Positions 1 through 9,978 are shown, numbered from the stretch's first letter. The stretch: 56,413 nucleotides of DNA from an uncultured Candidatus Saccharibacteria bacterium (GCA_964595305.1 CAZQPW010000002.1:1-56413), one strand, 5' to 3'. Made by a program: numbers and translations. Notes: generated from the letters alone by a model not told the origin.

Positions 1-1
1 G

Positions 2-1759
2 CATGAGATGCTCGAACGTGTCGAAAAAACAGTTTCTGAAGACCGATCGCTCTCTCCGTATGACACTCCGAGCACGAGGCCATTTGTTGGCACATTTCAT
101 GCGCTCTCACTTCACATAATAAAAACTTTTCATGCCGAACTAGAGCTACCCAAACGGTTTACCATCTACGACCGTGCGGACTCATTGCGCGCCGCACGCG
201 AAGCGGTAAAAGAGTGTGGGTTTGACCCAAAAGAGCTCGAGCCGAGACGTGTTTTATCTGTAATGAGTCGCAACAAGGGCGCCGATATTGATGTCGAGCG
301 TTTCCGGAACGAGATAGCAGAGAGCTACATCGACACTTCAATTGCTGAAGTGTGGGAAAAATACAATGCGATATTAAAAAAAGAGCACGCGCTCGACTTC
401 GACGACATTCTTGTGCGGGCACTCGAGCTTATCCGCAACTCAAAGACAGCCCGTGAACACTTCCAAAACGCATGGGAGTATATCCATGTCGACGAATACC
501 AAGACACAAACCACATTCAGTACGAATTAATTAAGCTGCTTGCGGACACGCACCGCAACATCGCGGTGATCGGAGACGCAGACCAAAACGTATATAGCTG
601 GCGAGGGTCCTCTATCAAATACATTCTCAACTTCGAGCATGACTACCCAGACGCAACACTCATAACCCTCACACAAAACTACCGCTCGACCAAGACGATC
701 ATCGCTGCCGCAAACGAAGCAATTAAGAAAAACATCAACCGCAAAGAAAAAACGCTCGTTGCAAATGCCGAAGACGGCGAAAAGATAAAGGTGGGCGGAT
801 TCGCAGACGAGGTTGAAGAAGCGGAGTACGTAGCCAAGGAGGCGCGTCGCATTGTCAAAGCAGGCACGCCAGCGAATGATATTGCGGTGCTCTATCGCGC
901 CAACTTTCAGTCTCGAACACTTGAAGAGGCATTCCTCCATGCGGACATTCCATACCAAGTGCTTGGCACGCGCTTTTTTGAACGCGCAGAGGTAAAGGAT
1001 GCTCTTTCATACCTGCGTGCAGCATTTAACCCACGCTCAGTTGCAGACGTCACACGCACCATCAACATGCCTACACGAGGCATCGGTAAGGTAACACTAC
1101 AAAAAGTAATCGATGGGAAAATAGACGACCTGCCCGACGCGCAACGAGGGAAAGTACATGCATACTTTACGCTACTTAACGCGATCCGCACTATGGTGGA
1201 CACCGAACTCCCATCAGATGCGGTTAAAAAAATGCTCTCGATGACCGGCCTCATGCACCTGTACGAGTCGGGTGACTCGGAAATGCAGGAGCGGTTTGAA
1301 AACCTAAAGGAACTCGTATCGGTTGCAAGTAAATATAACCACATGAGCGGCGGGGAAGGTATTGAGAAGCTAATCGAGGAAGCCGCACTACAGTCCGACC
1401 AAGACGAACTCTCGGTCCGCGAAAAGGCAAAACAAAATGGAGTGAAACTAATGACGGTGCACGCAGCTAAAGGGCTTGAGTTTAACACCGTATTCATTGT
1501 CGGTCTCGAAGACGGACTTTTCCCGCACACACGCGACGATGATGACGGCGTTGACTCCGAAGAAGAACGAAGGCTCTTCTATGTCGCTATCACGCGTGCG
1601 GAAAAGAAAGCGTACATGACCTACGCACTAACGCGTAGGATCTTTGGTACCCGAGCTATGAATGCGCCAAGCGAGTTCATCACCGAACTCGACGCGGATA
1701 TTTCAGAAATTATTTCTGCGCCAGCATACTTTGAACCACCAACGCGCTACATATTGTAA
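2..1759 (+). CDS. uvrD: UvrD/PcrA-family superfamily-1 DNA helicase, 5' end outside the window
   Basis: The ORF is open to the window edge. It carries the SF1 motif series FVGTFHALSLHII, HVDEYQDTN, VIGDADQNVYSWRG, TQNYRST, MTVHAAKGLEF and RRLFYVAITRA. The Walker A segment is absent, so the N-terminus lies upstream. Confidence 0.9.
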   Translation, partial: HEMLERVEKTVSEDRSLSPYDTPSTRPFVGTFHALSLHIIKTFHAELELPKRFTIYDRADSLRAAREAVKECGFDPKELEPRRVLSVMSRNKGADIDVERFRNEIAESYIDTSIAEVWEKYNAILKKEHALDFDDILVRALELIRNSKTAREHFQNAWEYIHVDEYQDTNHIQYELIKLLADTHRNIAVIGDADQNVYSWRGSSIKYILNFEHDYPDATLITLTQNYRSTKTIIAAANEAIKKNINRKEKTLVANAEDGEKIKVGGFADEVEEAEYVAKEARRIVKAGTPANDIAVLYRANFQSRTLEEAFLHADIPYQVLGTRFFERAEVKDALSYLRAAFNPRSVADVTRTINMPTRGIGKVTLQKVIDGKIDDLPDAQRGKVHAYFTLLNAIRTMVDTELPSDAVKKMLSMTGLMHLYESGDSEMQERFENLKELVSVASKYNHMSGGEGIEKLIEEAALQSDQDELSVREKAKQNGVKLMTVHAAKGLEFNTVFIVGLEDGLFPHTRDDDDGVDSEEERRLFYVAITRAEKKAYMTYALTRRIFGTRAMNAPSEFITELDADISEIISAPAYFEPPTRYIL

Positions 1760-1768
1760 ACTCTGACT

Positions 1769-2638
1769 ATGGACGACTACGAAAACCCGCGCGACAGAAG
1801 ACGCATCAAACGAACTGCGGCACCGCTCGGTCAACATCTGCTCACTAACCCAAAGTACGCAGCGATGCTCGCTGAAGCAGCGGGGATAAAACGCGGAACA
1901 AATGTGTTTGAAATTGGCCCCGGGAAGGGCATGCTCACGAGCGAGCTGTTGAAGCGCGGGGCAACTGTACTTGCGGTTGAGAAAGACCCCGCAATGATTG
2001 AAGCGCTCGAGGAAACACACCTCTCATATATACGGCGTGGACAGCTCGTTATACGATACGGAGACGCGCGCGAACTCACACCAGACCTCATGTTCCCACG
2101 TGGTGCATATACAATCGCGGCAAACATTCCTTACTACATAACTGGCGAGCTCCTTCGCACCGCACTCACCTCACGCAACCAGCCGCGCGCCCTCGCCTTT
2201 TTAATACAAAAAGAAGTTGCTGAGCGCATTGCGAGAAGTAAAAAAGAGTCGCTCCTCTCACTCTCAGTAAAAGCGTACGGGGAAGCCACGTACGTTACGA
2301 CGGTAAAGCGTGGCAACTTTGCCCCTCCGCCAAAAGTAGACTCTGCGATCTTATCGGTCACCAACATTTCGCGCAAAAACTTCGCACACGTTGATGAAAA
2401 CGAATTCTTTTTCTTGATCAAAACTGCGTTCGGCCAAAAACGTAAAGCATTCCTCGGAACACTTACTCGTGCAAGTAAGAAAGGCGACCTCACTTCACGC
2501 GAATTTTTTGTTGAAGTGCTCCCACGTGCCCACGCTGTACTAGAAAAACATTTCGGAACTGCCCGTGCAAAGAAAATGCGCGCGGAAGACGTTTCGCTCG
2601 AACAGTGGCTAGAAATGCTTGATTTCCGTAAGCGTTAG
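1769..2638 (+). CDS. rsmA: 16S rRNA (adenine1518/1519-N6)-dimethyltransferase RsmA/KsgA
   Basis: Motifs LGQHLLTNP (GQHFL-type), FEIGPGKGMLT (SAM-binding glycine loop) and ANIPYYITG (NIPY). Length of 289 aa is typical. Confidence 0.9.
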   Translation: MDDYENPRDRRRIKRTAAPLGQHLLTNPKYAAMLAEAAGIKRGTNVFEIGPGKGMLTSELLKRGATVLAVEKDPAMIEALEETHLSYIRRGQLVIRYGDARELTPDLMFPRGAYTIAANIPYYITGELLRTALTSRNQPRALAFLIQKEVAERIARSKKESLLSLSVKAYGEATYVTTVKRGNFAPPPKVDSAILSVTNISRKNFAHVDENEFFFLIKTAFGQKRKAFLGTLTRASKKGDLTSREFFVEVLPRAHAVLEKHFGTARAKKMRAEDVSLEQWLEMLDFRKR

Positions 2639-3786
2639 CAGCCGTGACCAGGTACGCATATATGGAAGTGCGGCCCCGTGTTGAAAGTTGAACTACACGA
2701 ACCTTCGTCGTAAAACGTAGTGCCTGTAACAGTATCTATATACCTGCACCCACTATTACCGTATGGAGTAAAATTTTTCTTGATGCAATCATCTATACCG
2801 ACCACATCTAAGGCGCCGCCACCGCCGTGCGTTGCATGCCCGGACTCACTCCCGCCAGAAATAGTAAAGTTTCCACAAATGTTCTTAAGCCGGTCTAGGT
2901 AATCAACTGTCGAACAGCTGAGCCCGCTCACGTCAGTGCAGCCACATGTTTTTGTGGTTGGACAATGAGCAGCAATATACTGTTGGAACGTTTGATTAAG
3001 TCCGCAACCGCTTGCACGGTTTACGGAAATTCCCTTTGCTGAAAGTGTGTCGCGGAGCGTCTGCTCTGCGGCACGCTTATCTACTGCGGAGCTAAAGCCG
3101 GACTCATTGGTCCCACACTGTGACGGAGGCGAACTCTTTTTTAACTTGGGTGGAGGAGTGGGTGGAATTGGACCAGAAGAGCCGTGCCCAGGAGTAGCGC
3201 CGATCATCATACAGGGAAGCTCTACGGTCCCGACCATGCACGCGCCGGGGCCGATATTGGTTCCAAGTAACCACTGCGATGGGTAGGAAGGAGGGCCGTA
3301 TAGGTAACTCCTGCAGATTTCTGGAGTTTGACAGCACAACATCATCGGGGTTGGTGGCCCAATAGTGACATGTATCATCCCGGGAGGAGCAGTGCAAAGA
3401 ACAATCTCGGTTATTGCACCGCCAAAAGGGATGCCCCCCGGAACTGCCGAGACACCAACACCACCAGTGCCCGAACCAGATCCTCCCGCCGAAGGTGACC
3501 CACCGGCTTGGGCAGGAGGTTGAGTGTTAGGAAATACCTGATCTATCTTTTTTTGCAAAAATCGCTCTAGTGCATTGGTAACGGTACTTTGGAAACGCCG
3601 AAAGAAGGAGCTGTCGAAAAGGGAAGCCTTCTTTTTTGACGCAGGGGCTGGTGTGCTGGTTGTAGTAGTGGTGGCTGCTGAAGTGGTCGTCGCGGTCGTC
3701 GTAGCAACAGCACCAACATACGCAGTTGGAACTACTAGAATTGCAGTTAGTGCAGCAGCAAATACGAATCGCGCAAACATACTCAC
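2635..3786 (-). CDS. Secreted Cys-rich protein with a C-terminal LAS/M15-like zinc-peptidase signature (candidate cell-wall hydrolase)
   Basis: Signal peptide MSMFARFVFAAALTAILVVPTAYVGA, then poly-Thr and Gly/Ser linkers. I count 18 Cys in the mature part. The C-terminus reads SGHATHGGGGALDV ... GPHFHICVPGHGC, resembling the SxHxxGxAxD ... xxH zinc ligands of VanY/M15-type peptidases. Confidence 0.45.
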   Translation of the reverse strand: MSMFARFVFAAALTAILVVPTAYVGAVATTTATTTSAATTTTTSTPAPASKKKASLFDSSFFRRFQSTVTNALERFLQKKIDQVFPNTQPPAQAGGSPSAGGSGSGTGGVGVSAVPGGIPFGGAITEIVLCTAPPGMIHVTIGPPTPMMLCCQTPEICRSYLYGPPSYPSQWLLGTNIGPGACMVGTVELPCMMIGATPGHGSSGPIPPTPPPKLKKSSPPSQCGTNESGFSSAVDKRAAEQTLRDTLSAKGISVNRASGCGLNQTFQQYIAAHCPTTKTCGCTDVSGLSCSTVDYLDRLKNICGNFTISGGSESGHATHGGGGALDVVGIDDCIKKNFTPYGNSGCRYIDTVTGTTFYDEGSCSSTFNTGPHFHICVPGHGC

Positions 3787-3839
3787 ACCTTAACTGTACT
3801 ATACATAATCATGCCTTGAATCAAAGCTATACTAAACTC

Positions 3840-4640
3840 ATGCAAGCCCGCAACAACTGGGTGCTCGTTTCGTTGGTCACTGCTTTGATGTCGGGAGTTG
3901 TCGGATATACCGCATATCAAACGTATGCCCCAGCAAAAAATACGCCTGGTGTTACCGTTGTTGCCAGACCGGAAATCGAAAGCAGTGAGTGGCAGAGCGC
4001 TGTGCGGTCGTTCACAAACGTAGGAACCAGCACCGATGCGCCCCGTGGGCCATATCGAGCCCCAAGCGGCATCAGCTCAGTCGATAAAATTTCACGCGAG
4101 CTCGTTGCAGGCTATTTTGAGCAGGCTCGAGATGGCTCATTTACACTCAAAGATCGTAACTCACTACTAAAAGACACTGTCGCTCGCAACGCGCCGCGCG
4201 TAGAGAAGCATCGTGTGTTTACGAATGCCGACTTTATAATTGATGACAAGGTTCCGCTAGACACGTACGCTGCGAATGTAGTCGCCGTGTTAAAAAAAGC
4301 CGAAAGTGTAAAATCGTTTGAGCTTGAGCTTTTTACACAAACCATCAATGCCAACAACGCGTTGGGAACTCCAAAACTTACTGAAGCTTCAAACGTATAC
4401 GCGAGCATAGTCTCGGACCTAACCACCATGCGTGTACCCTCAACTTTTGCCGCGGACCACGTCGCGCTACTTAATTCTGTTGAATCACTTTCAGAAACAA
4501 CAAAACTAATGGGTAACTGGGGAGGCGACCCGATCCTAGCGGTTGCATATATCGATGCGTTTGTAAAAGCGGACAGGGACACGAGCGTTGCTGTTGGTCG
4601 ATTTTTCTACACAGTCAAAAAAACTCTAGCTAAACTATGA
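3840..4640 (+). CDS. Membrane-anchored hypothetical protein, first gene of the T4SS-like operon (bitopic, VirB8-like topology only)
   Basis: I chose the in-frame ATG at 3840 (MQARNNWVLVSLVTALMSGVVGYTAY...) because the track start at 3726 overlaps the divergent gene. There is a single N-terminal TM helix followed by a soluble domain of about 230 aa. Its stop overlaps the next start (ATGA at 4637-4640). Confidence 0.55.
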   Translation: MQARNNWVLVSLVTALMSGVVGYTAYQTYAPAKNTPGVTVVARPEIESSEWQSAVRSFTNVGTSTDAPRGPYRAPSGISSVDKISRELVAGYFEQARDGSFTLKDRNSLLKDTVARNAPRVEKHRVFTNADFIIDDKVPLDTYAANVVAVLKKAESVKSFELELFTQTINANNALGTPKLTEASNVYASIVSDLTTMRVPSTFAADHVALLNSVESLSETTKLMGNWGGDPILAVAYIDAFVKADRDTSVAVGRFFYTVKKTLAKL

Positions 4641-6571
4641 AAAAGAATTTATTTATTGCACTCTTCATGTTGGCCGTGCTCCCATTTGGAGCACACGCCC
4701 TTACTCCCATACAGCAACTTCCGGGGAGTGGCACACCATTTCTCCCAGTTGAAAACACGGAGGGCGGGGCCGCACCAATTCAACAGTACTCGAGCTCCGT
4801 TTCGCAGCTCACCGCACAAGGCGACATGTATGGATGCGAGGGCCAAGGAGGGCAAGGCGGCTCACTTTCAAACGCACTCAACAGTGGGATCGATGACCTG
4901 ATTGGGCAAGGGAAGAACATCATTCGCAGCAAAGCGGGCGAAATATTAGGCAAGCTCGGTCCAGCAAGCGGCATCGCGCAGAAACTCTTGGACAAGGGGC
5001 TGAACATAGTTTCTGGAGAGCTTTCAAATGGCGCAAAGTCACTGCTAAGCTCGATCGGAATTGATGGCGCCCTCTCGGATGCGGCTTCTGCGCTCGGCTT
5101 AGGAAGTGGGGCGTTGGGCGAGGCGCTCGGGGCTGCAGGACTTGGTGGAGGACTAACTGCAGTTCCCACCGCGATCGTCTCAGACCTTAACACTCAAACC
5201 TTTAAAAACACGGAGCAGACAAACGCAGCTATTGACGCACAAACCCGCGCGCTCTATATAAAGGAGTGCTTCTCTGACAAGGCGATCAAGAAAGCAGCCG
5301 CCGCCGTGATCGCACAAGGAACACGCGCATCAATAGACTATCTTAACGGCACTTCAGACGGATACACTAAATACTTCCAGGGTTGGGAGCCTGGCGCCGT
5401 ACGCGATGCACAGTTTGAACAAATTGTAGATGAACAACTCTCAGGACTCTGCTCTCCAACACGCGCAGAAACACAGCAGACTATTCTCACAAGCTACCAA
5501 CGCAGCACCGACCTCGGCTCGCAAGTACAGTGCAACGTTGATGAAGGTGCGCTCGGCTCATTCATACAGGGCGAGCCGTCACAAAATGCGCTCGACAATC
5601 TTTTTTACATGGCGTTTAACACAGAGGGACTCGCGCAGCCGCTCGTAGCGCAACAAATCACAGACAAACAGATAGCCGCAAAGCAATATGAAATAGAGCG
5701 CACAAGATTCCTATCTGGAGATTTCAAAAACGAAGTTGACTGTCCTGTTGAAAAAGTTGGAGGTCTTTGCCCTACGCTTAACCCACATGTTACTGTTCCT
5801 GCGATTTTAAACTCCGAACTAGCAAAAAACAAAATTATTGTTGAACCAAGCCAACAGCAGCTAGCTGCAGACGAAATTGGCGAGATGATCAATGACCTTA
5901 TGGCAACACTTACCCAGCAAGCGTTCCAAGGCCTCGGCGGCCTACTCGGGCTCAGCAAAAAGAGCAAAACCCAGGGCGGGTCTGGTTCGAGTTTTCTTGA
6001 CCAGGTCGCAGGTGACGGTGGAAGCTTTACAGACCAGATTGGTGACACATCGAGCTCAGACGCACTTGCAACAGGGAAAGATGCGATGCTAAACGACATG
6101 GAAGGTACGCTCGGTATTGCAGACGACTACCTCGATATCCTGTATGCGATTACAGACAACCTTGAAAACACAAAAGCAGCATACCGCGATGTGAGTGCAT
6201 GTTACGTCACCCTCACCACGAGCATTTCCAATAAAATTTCTACTGACACCGCACAAAAGCGCGCGGAAGAGGCCTCTACGACAATCAAAAACCTCCTCGA
6301 CCCAGAAATTAAACGCATTGGTAACGTCATTATCGATACCAAAGATGCGATAGCCCAACTTGAAACTATAATGGCAGAGGTGCGTTCAGCCCAGACAACC
6401 GAAGACCTCGCGGCTGCAAGCGCGCAATACCAGAGCATGAAGCAAGAAGGGTTGGTTTACACGACAACCGACATCACGGCACTCACCAATGAACTCACCG
6501 CCGGAGCGCTTGCACTTAAAGTCCTGAACGTCGACGCCACCGATAAACTAAAAGAATGCCGCTCACTCTAA
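4637..6571 (+). CDS. Large secreted hypothetical protein (T4SS-like operon)
   Basis: Signal peptide MKKNLFIALFMLAVLPFGAHA, a Gly/Ala/Ser-rich N-terminal third, and a helical/coiled C-terminal region (LENTKAAYRDVSACY...AQLETIMAEVRSAQ). No family recognised. Translationally coupled on both sides. Confidence 0.6.
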   Translation: MKKNLFIALFMLAVLPFGAHALTPIQQLPGSGTPFLPVENTEGGAAPIQQYSSSVSQLTAQGDMYGCEGQGGQGGSLSNALNSGIDDLIGQGKNIIRSKAGEILGKLGPASGIAQKLLDKGLNIVSGELSNGAKSLLSSIGIDGALSDAASALGLGSGALGEALGAAGLGGGLTAVPTAIVSDLNTQTFKNTEQTNAAIDAQTRALYIKECFSDKAIKKAAAAVIAQGTRASIDYLNGTSDGYTKYFQGWEPGAVRDAQFEQIVDEQLSGLCSPTRAETQQTILTSYQRSTDLGSQVQCNVDEGALGSFIQGEPSQNALDNLFYMAFNTEGLAQPLVAQQITDKQIAAKQYEIERTRFLSGDFKNEVDCPVEKVGGLCPTLNPHVTVPAILNSELAKNKIIVEPSQQQLAADEIGEMINDLMATLTQQAFQGLGGLLGLSKKSKTQGGSGSSFLDQVAGDGGSFTDQIGDTSSSDALATGKDAMLNDMEGTLGIADDYLDILYAITDNLENTKAAYRDVSACYVTLTTSISNKISTDTAQKRAEEASTTIKNLLDPEIKRIGNVIIDTKDAIAQLETIMAEVRSAQTTEDLAAASAQYQSMKQEGLVYTTTDITALTNELTAGALALKVLNVDATDKLKECRSL

Positions 6572-6572
6572 A

Positions 6573-9083
6573 ATGAAAAAAGTATTATTCACACTTTTAC
6601 TTGCAGCGACACTACTAGCAACGGCTCATACTGCAGCGGCCGCACCAAACTGTCCGACATTTGATGTACCCGGGGCAACGGGAGGAAAAGTTAAAATCGA
6701 AACCCAGTCCTTTGATGGAGTAACCTGCGTAGTAAGCACGTCTGACTACGGCAAAATCACCCCTTCAGTTCGAGCACAAATCGGAACGTGCCTTGCGACA
6801 GGATCAACAGCAGGCAAGTGTACCTTAACCGGCACTTTCCTTACTGCTAACCCATCAAAAGATCTTGTTGCTGGCGAAACGGGAGCTCCGGCAGACGGAA
6901 GCACCCCGAGCCCGCTCAACGGGGCGAGTAGAGATATGGCGGCACTTGGCAACCAAGCAAGCTCTGCATTAAACCTCGAGTGTCGTGGGAGCCTCTGCTT
7001 GCCAAAAGTAGTGGGTGACGCGATAGACAGTGTCGGCGACAGCACCACCAGCTGGTTCGGCCAAATCGGCATGGACTTTATTGTGTGGATTCTCGCAAAC
7101 ATTTTCGTAATTATCTTCAAAATTTCGCAATACGCACTGTGGTTCTCGGCAACAGTATTTGACTACGTGCTGTACTACACGGTGCTGCAGTTCGGTAACT
7201 TTGCTAATACCGACGCAACCGAGGTGCTGCGCACTACCTGGGCGCTCGTGCGCGACCTAGTGAACCTCATTATCTTGGGCGGCTTTGTATATATAGCTTT
7301 CGTGATGGCACTCAACATTGATGAAGTTTCAAAAAATACTGGGGCATCAAGCCAGGGTCTCATCAACCTCATCATCGCAGCGGTCCTCGTTAACTTCAGC
7401 TTCTTTTTTGCGGGCGCGATGATCGACGCATCAAACTTCGTTACATCCACCATTTTCCACAGCAATATATTCGCAAAGATCTGCGATCTTTCAAAAAATG
7501 GCAACACATTGAGCCTCGCTCCTCAAACTATTACAACACCAAGCATCATCCCCGGCCAAACTGGATCAATAAATACCCCAGGCATCAACCAGGCACTACG
7601 AGGCTGCTCAATAGGAAATGCATTTGTAAATGTAACCAAACTCCCAACTATCGACGGCAAGGGGCTCGCGAATCCTAGCCAGGCACCAAAGCAGGGTGCA
7701 ACGTATATGTCGCTCCTCGTGCTTTCTCTCCTCGGTTTTATCATGTACTTTACAGCGGCAGGCGTGTTCCTTGGCGCGTCGTTCCTCTTCGTGGGCAGGT
7801 TTGTGGGGCTACTCATCCTCCTCGTGATGTCTCCTATCGGCATAGTGGGAAGCTGGGTACCAATCCCACAGGTGAAGGACCTAGCGAAGAATTGGTGGAA
7901 GGCAATGCGAGAGTACCTTACGTTCCCGCCGCTCTTCATGATCTACATCATGGTCGGCTTTATGCTGCTTGAGCAGGTTGCTCGCCAGCTCTCCGCACTC
8001 GACAACGGCCAGTCGATAGCAACGATCATAAATGCCGAAGCTCTCGCGAGTGGCAAAATCGTTTCGCAAAGCATTTCACTCATTCTCGTATACTTCATTG
8101 GCATCACGGTGCTCACACTTGCGCTCAGCCAGGCTCGCGACTCTGCAAAGGAGGCCGCTTCTGTAAAGTCGCTCGGGATGGACAAGGTGTGGGGCTTCAC
8201 TAACCGCCTTGCAGACTACGGAAACGCGGCAATGACTATTCCATCCAGGGTTTACGACAATACTCTTGGTCAAATACTTGCCCGTATTCCTGGAGTCGCA
8301 ATGATAGAACGCAACACCATCAACCCAATTTTGCGCCAACCCCGTGACAAAGGCTTCTTTAAAACTGACGTCCCTGATGACAAGCAAAAGACCGGCGACC
8401 AGGCTGCAAAAGACATGCGCAAGTCTGTTGAGAAGTTCCTTGATCCTACCGAAGCGCGCGCAAAGCGCGAAGAGCAGCTCAAGATCGGTACAGCAGGCAG
8501 AGTTGCAGCCGAGGAAGAGCGCCGCCGAGATAAGGCAGCTGAGGATAGTAGGATCGGAATGTACCAAGCTCAAACAGTTATTGCTGAGCTGCCACCAGAA
8601 CTTCAGAAACAACACCGCGCAGAGCTTGATGAACTGCAGCGTATCGTTGAGTTTGAGCGCAAGCGCGAGCTAACAGAAGCAGAAAAGGCTCGTAAACAAC
8701 AACTCCTAAAGAACCTTGAAGACCGTGAGGCACAAGTTCTTGGTAAGATTGATGAAAGAATTAAAGGCCTTGGAGCAAACCTGAAGAGGTTGCGAGATGA
8801 CCGTCAAAAACTTATTGAACGATACAACGACCCATCAATTGCAAACAACGAGACCGAAAGGGAGCGGCTCCGAATCGAGATCGGTAAAAAGAATAATGAA
8901 ATAGAGGCCGAAGAAAAGAGAAATAAAAACGAGGAAGATAAAATACTGAAGAAAGATGCTAAGGGCCGCACGATAGTAGAAAGGGTAGGTGACGCACAGA
9001 AGAAACGCAAAGAAGGTGCAGAGAAAGCAGCGGCAGCCCGCCCACCTAAAAAAGATGAAGCAAAGCCTGAAGTGAAGAAGTAA
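6573..9083 (+). CDS. Polytopic membrane protein, VirB6/TrbL-like, with a long charged C-terminal tail
   Basis: Signal peptide, then at least 6 hydrophobic helices (for example IVWILANIFVIIFKISQYALWF, LINLIIAAVLVNFSFFFAGAMI, LLVLSLLGFIMYFTAAGVFLGASFLFVGRFVGLLILLVM). The final 250 aa or so are K/E/R-rich. Size, topology and its position next to PrgI/VirB4 fit VirB6/TrbL. Confidence 0.55.
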   Translation: MKKVLFTLLLAATLLATAHTAAAAPNCPTFDVPGATGGKVKIETQSFDGVTCVVSTSDYGKITPSVRAQIGTCLATGSTAGKCTLTGTFLTANPSKDLVAGETGAPADGSTPSPLNGASRDMAALGNQASSALNLECRGSLCLPKVVGDAIDSVGDSTTSWFGQIGMDFIVWILANIFVIIFKISQYALWFSATVFDYVLYYTVLQFGNFANTDATEVLRTTWALVRDLVNLIILGGFVYIAFVMALNIDEVSKNTGASSQGLINLIIAAVLVNFSFFFAGAMIDASNFVTSTIFHSNIFAKICDLSKNGNTLSLAPQTITTPSIIPGQTGSINTPGINQALRGCSIGNAFVNVTKLPTIDGKGLANPSQAPKQGATYMSLLVLSLLGFIMYFTAAGVFLGASFLFVGRFVGLLILLVMSPIGIVGSWVPIPQVKDLAKNWWKAMREYLTFPPLFMIYIMVGFMLLEQVARQLSALDNGQSIATIINAEALASGKIVSQSISLILVYFIGITVLTLALSQARDSAKEAASVKSLGMDKVWGFTNRLADYGNAAMTIPSRVYDNTLGQILARIPGVAMIERNTINPILRQPRDKGFFKTDVPDDKQKTGDQAAKDMRKSVEKFLDPTEARAKREEQLKIGTAGRVAAEEERRRDKAAEDSRIGMYQAQTVIAELPPELQKQHRAELDELQRIVEFERKRELTEAEKARKQQLLKNLEDREAQVLGKIDERIKGLGANLKRLRDDRQKLIERYNDPSIANNETERERLRIEIGKKNNEIEAEEKRNKNEEDKILKKDAKGRTIVERVGDAQKKRKEGAEKAAAARPPKKDEAKPEVKK

Positions 9084-9084
9084 T

Positions 9085-9963
9085 ATGGACGCAACCGCAA
9101 AGCAACCCATCCCATTCGATGAGCTACCGAAGGTGGTGCAAGACTATTTGTACTCACCTGAACTTTCTGCGTCTGTAGAGTCATTGGGCAAAAAATACAA
9201 GCTGCACCTCGACATCGTCGGAATGATAGAACGCGACATTAACCTAGTGCTCGCAGGCTCTATCACGCTATCAGAATTTGCAGACGATATAGCTCGTGAC
9301 GTAGGCGGAAAGGATAAGGCCGTGCCAATAATTACGGACATACAATCAACTATCTTCAACGTCATCCGTGAAAGGGAGCGCGCTGAAATAGAGAAAAAGA
9401 AAACCGAGCAAGAAGTGAGCACGGTACACGTCGAAGCTACTACACCCCCACCGTTTGTATCAACACCAAACCCGATTAAAAAACCCGAACATCCTGCGGC
9501 GCCGGTTAGTGTCCGAGTGGCAGTACAAAAGGTGCCCACACTTCAAGAAAAAATGGATTCTATCACGACGAGCCGTGCGAGTGTAGTTAAAGTAGACGAG
9601 GTGGTGTCTACTCCGACCATAAGCGAAGAAAAAGCGGCAGCACCAAAGCAGGCCCTTGATACCGTTATTAAGCTCCCGCCGCACAGCGAGGATCACCCGG
9701 ACTTCGTCTCCTCATCGTTAAAAGAGACCCCATTCCCAGCCTCTTCATCTAAAAACGACAAACTCAACGTATCTTTTGAAGCCGCTCCGCCGCCTCCACC
9801 TCCGCCACCTCCAAAACCCGTCGAAACGCCAGTACCCGAGGTTCCCACCGCACCAACTATCCCGACCATCCCTATCATCCCTTCAATCCGCACCATGCCA
9901 AAAAACGCCGCCGAAGCAGCTAAGGCTATCGACCCGTACCGAGAGCTCCTCAATCAAAAATAG
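9085..9963 (+). CDS. Hypothetical protein with a proline-rich C-terminal half (T4SS-like operon)
   Basis: ORF of 292 aa starting 2 nt after the previous stop. The N-terminal region appears globular. The C-terminal region contains the PPPPPPPPPKPVETPVPEVPTAPTIPTIPIIP tract. Confidence 0.55.
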   Translation: MDATAKQPIPFDELPKVVQDYLYSPELSASVESLGKKYKLHLDIVGMIERDINLVLAGSITLSEFADDIARDVGGKDKAVPIITDIQSTIFNVIRERERAEIEKKKTEQEVSTVHVEATTPPPFVSTPNPIKKPEHPAAPVSVRVAVQKVPTLQEKMDSITTSRASVVKVDEVVSTPTISEEKAAAPKQALDTVIKLPPHSEDHPDFVSSSLKETPFPASSSKNDKLNVSFEAAPPPPPPPPPKPVETPVPEVPTAPTIPTIPIIPSIRTMPKNAAEAAKAIDPYRELLNQK

Positions 9964-9978
9964 TGGCATACTAAAGGG

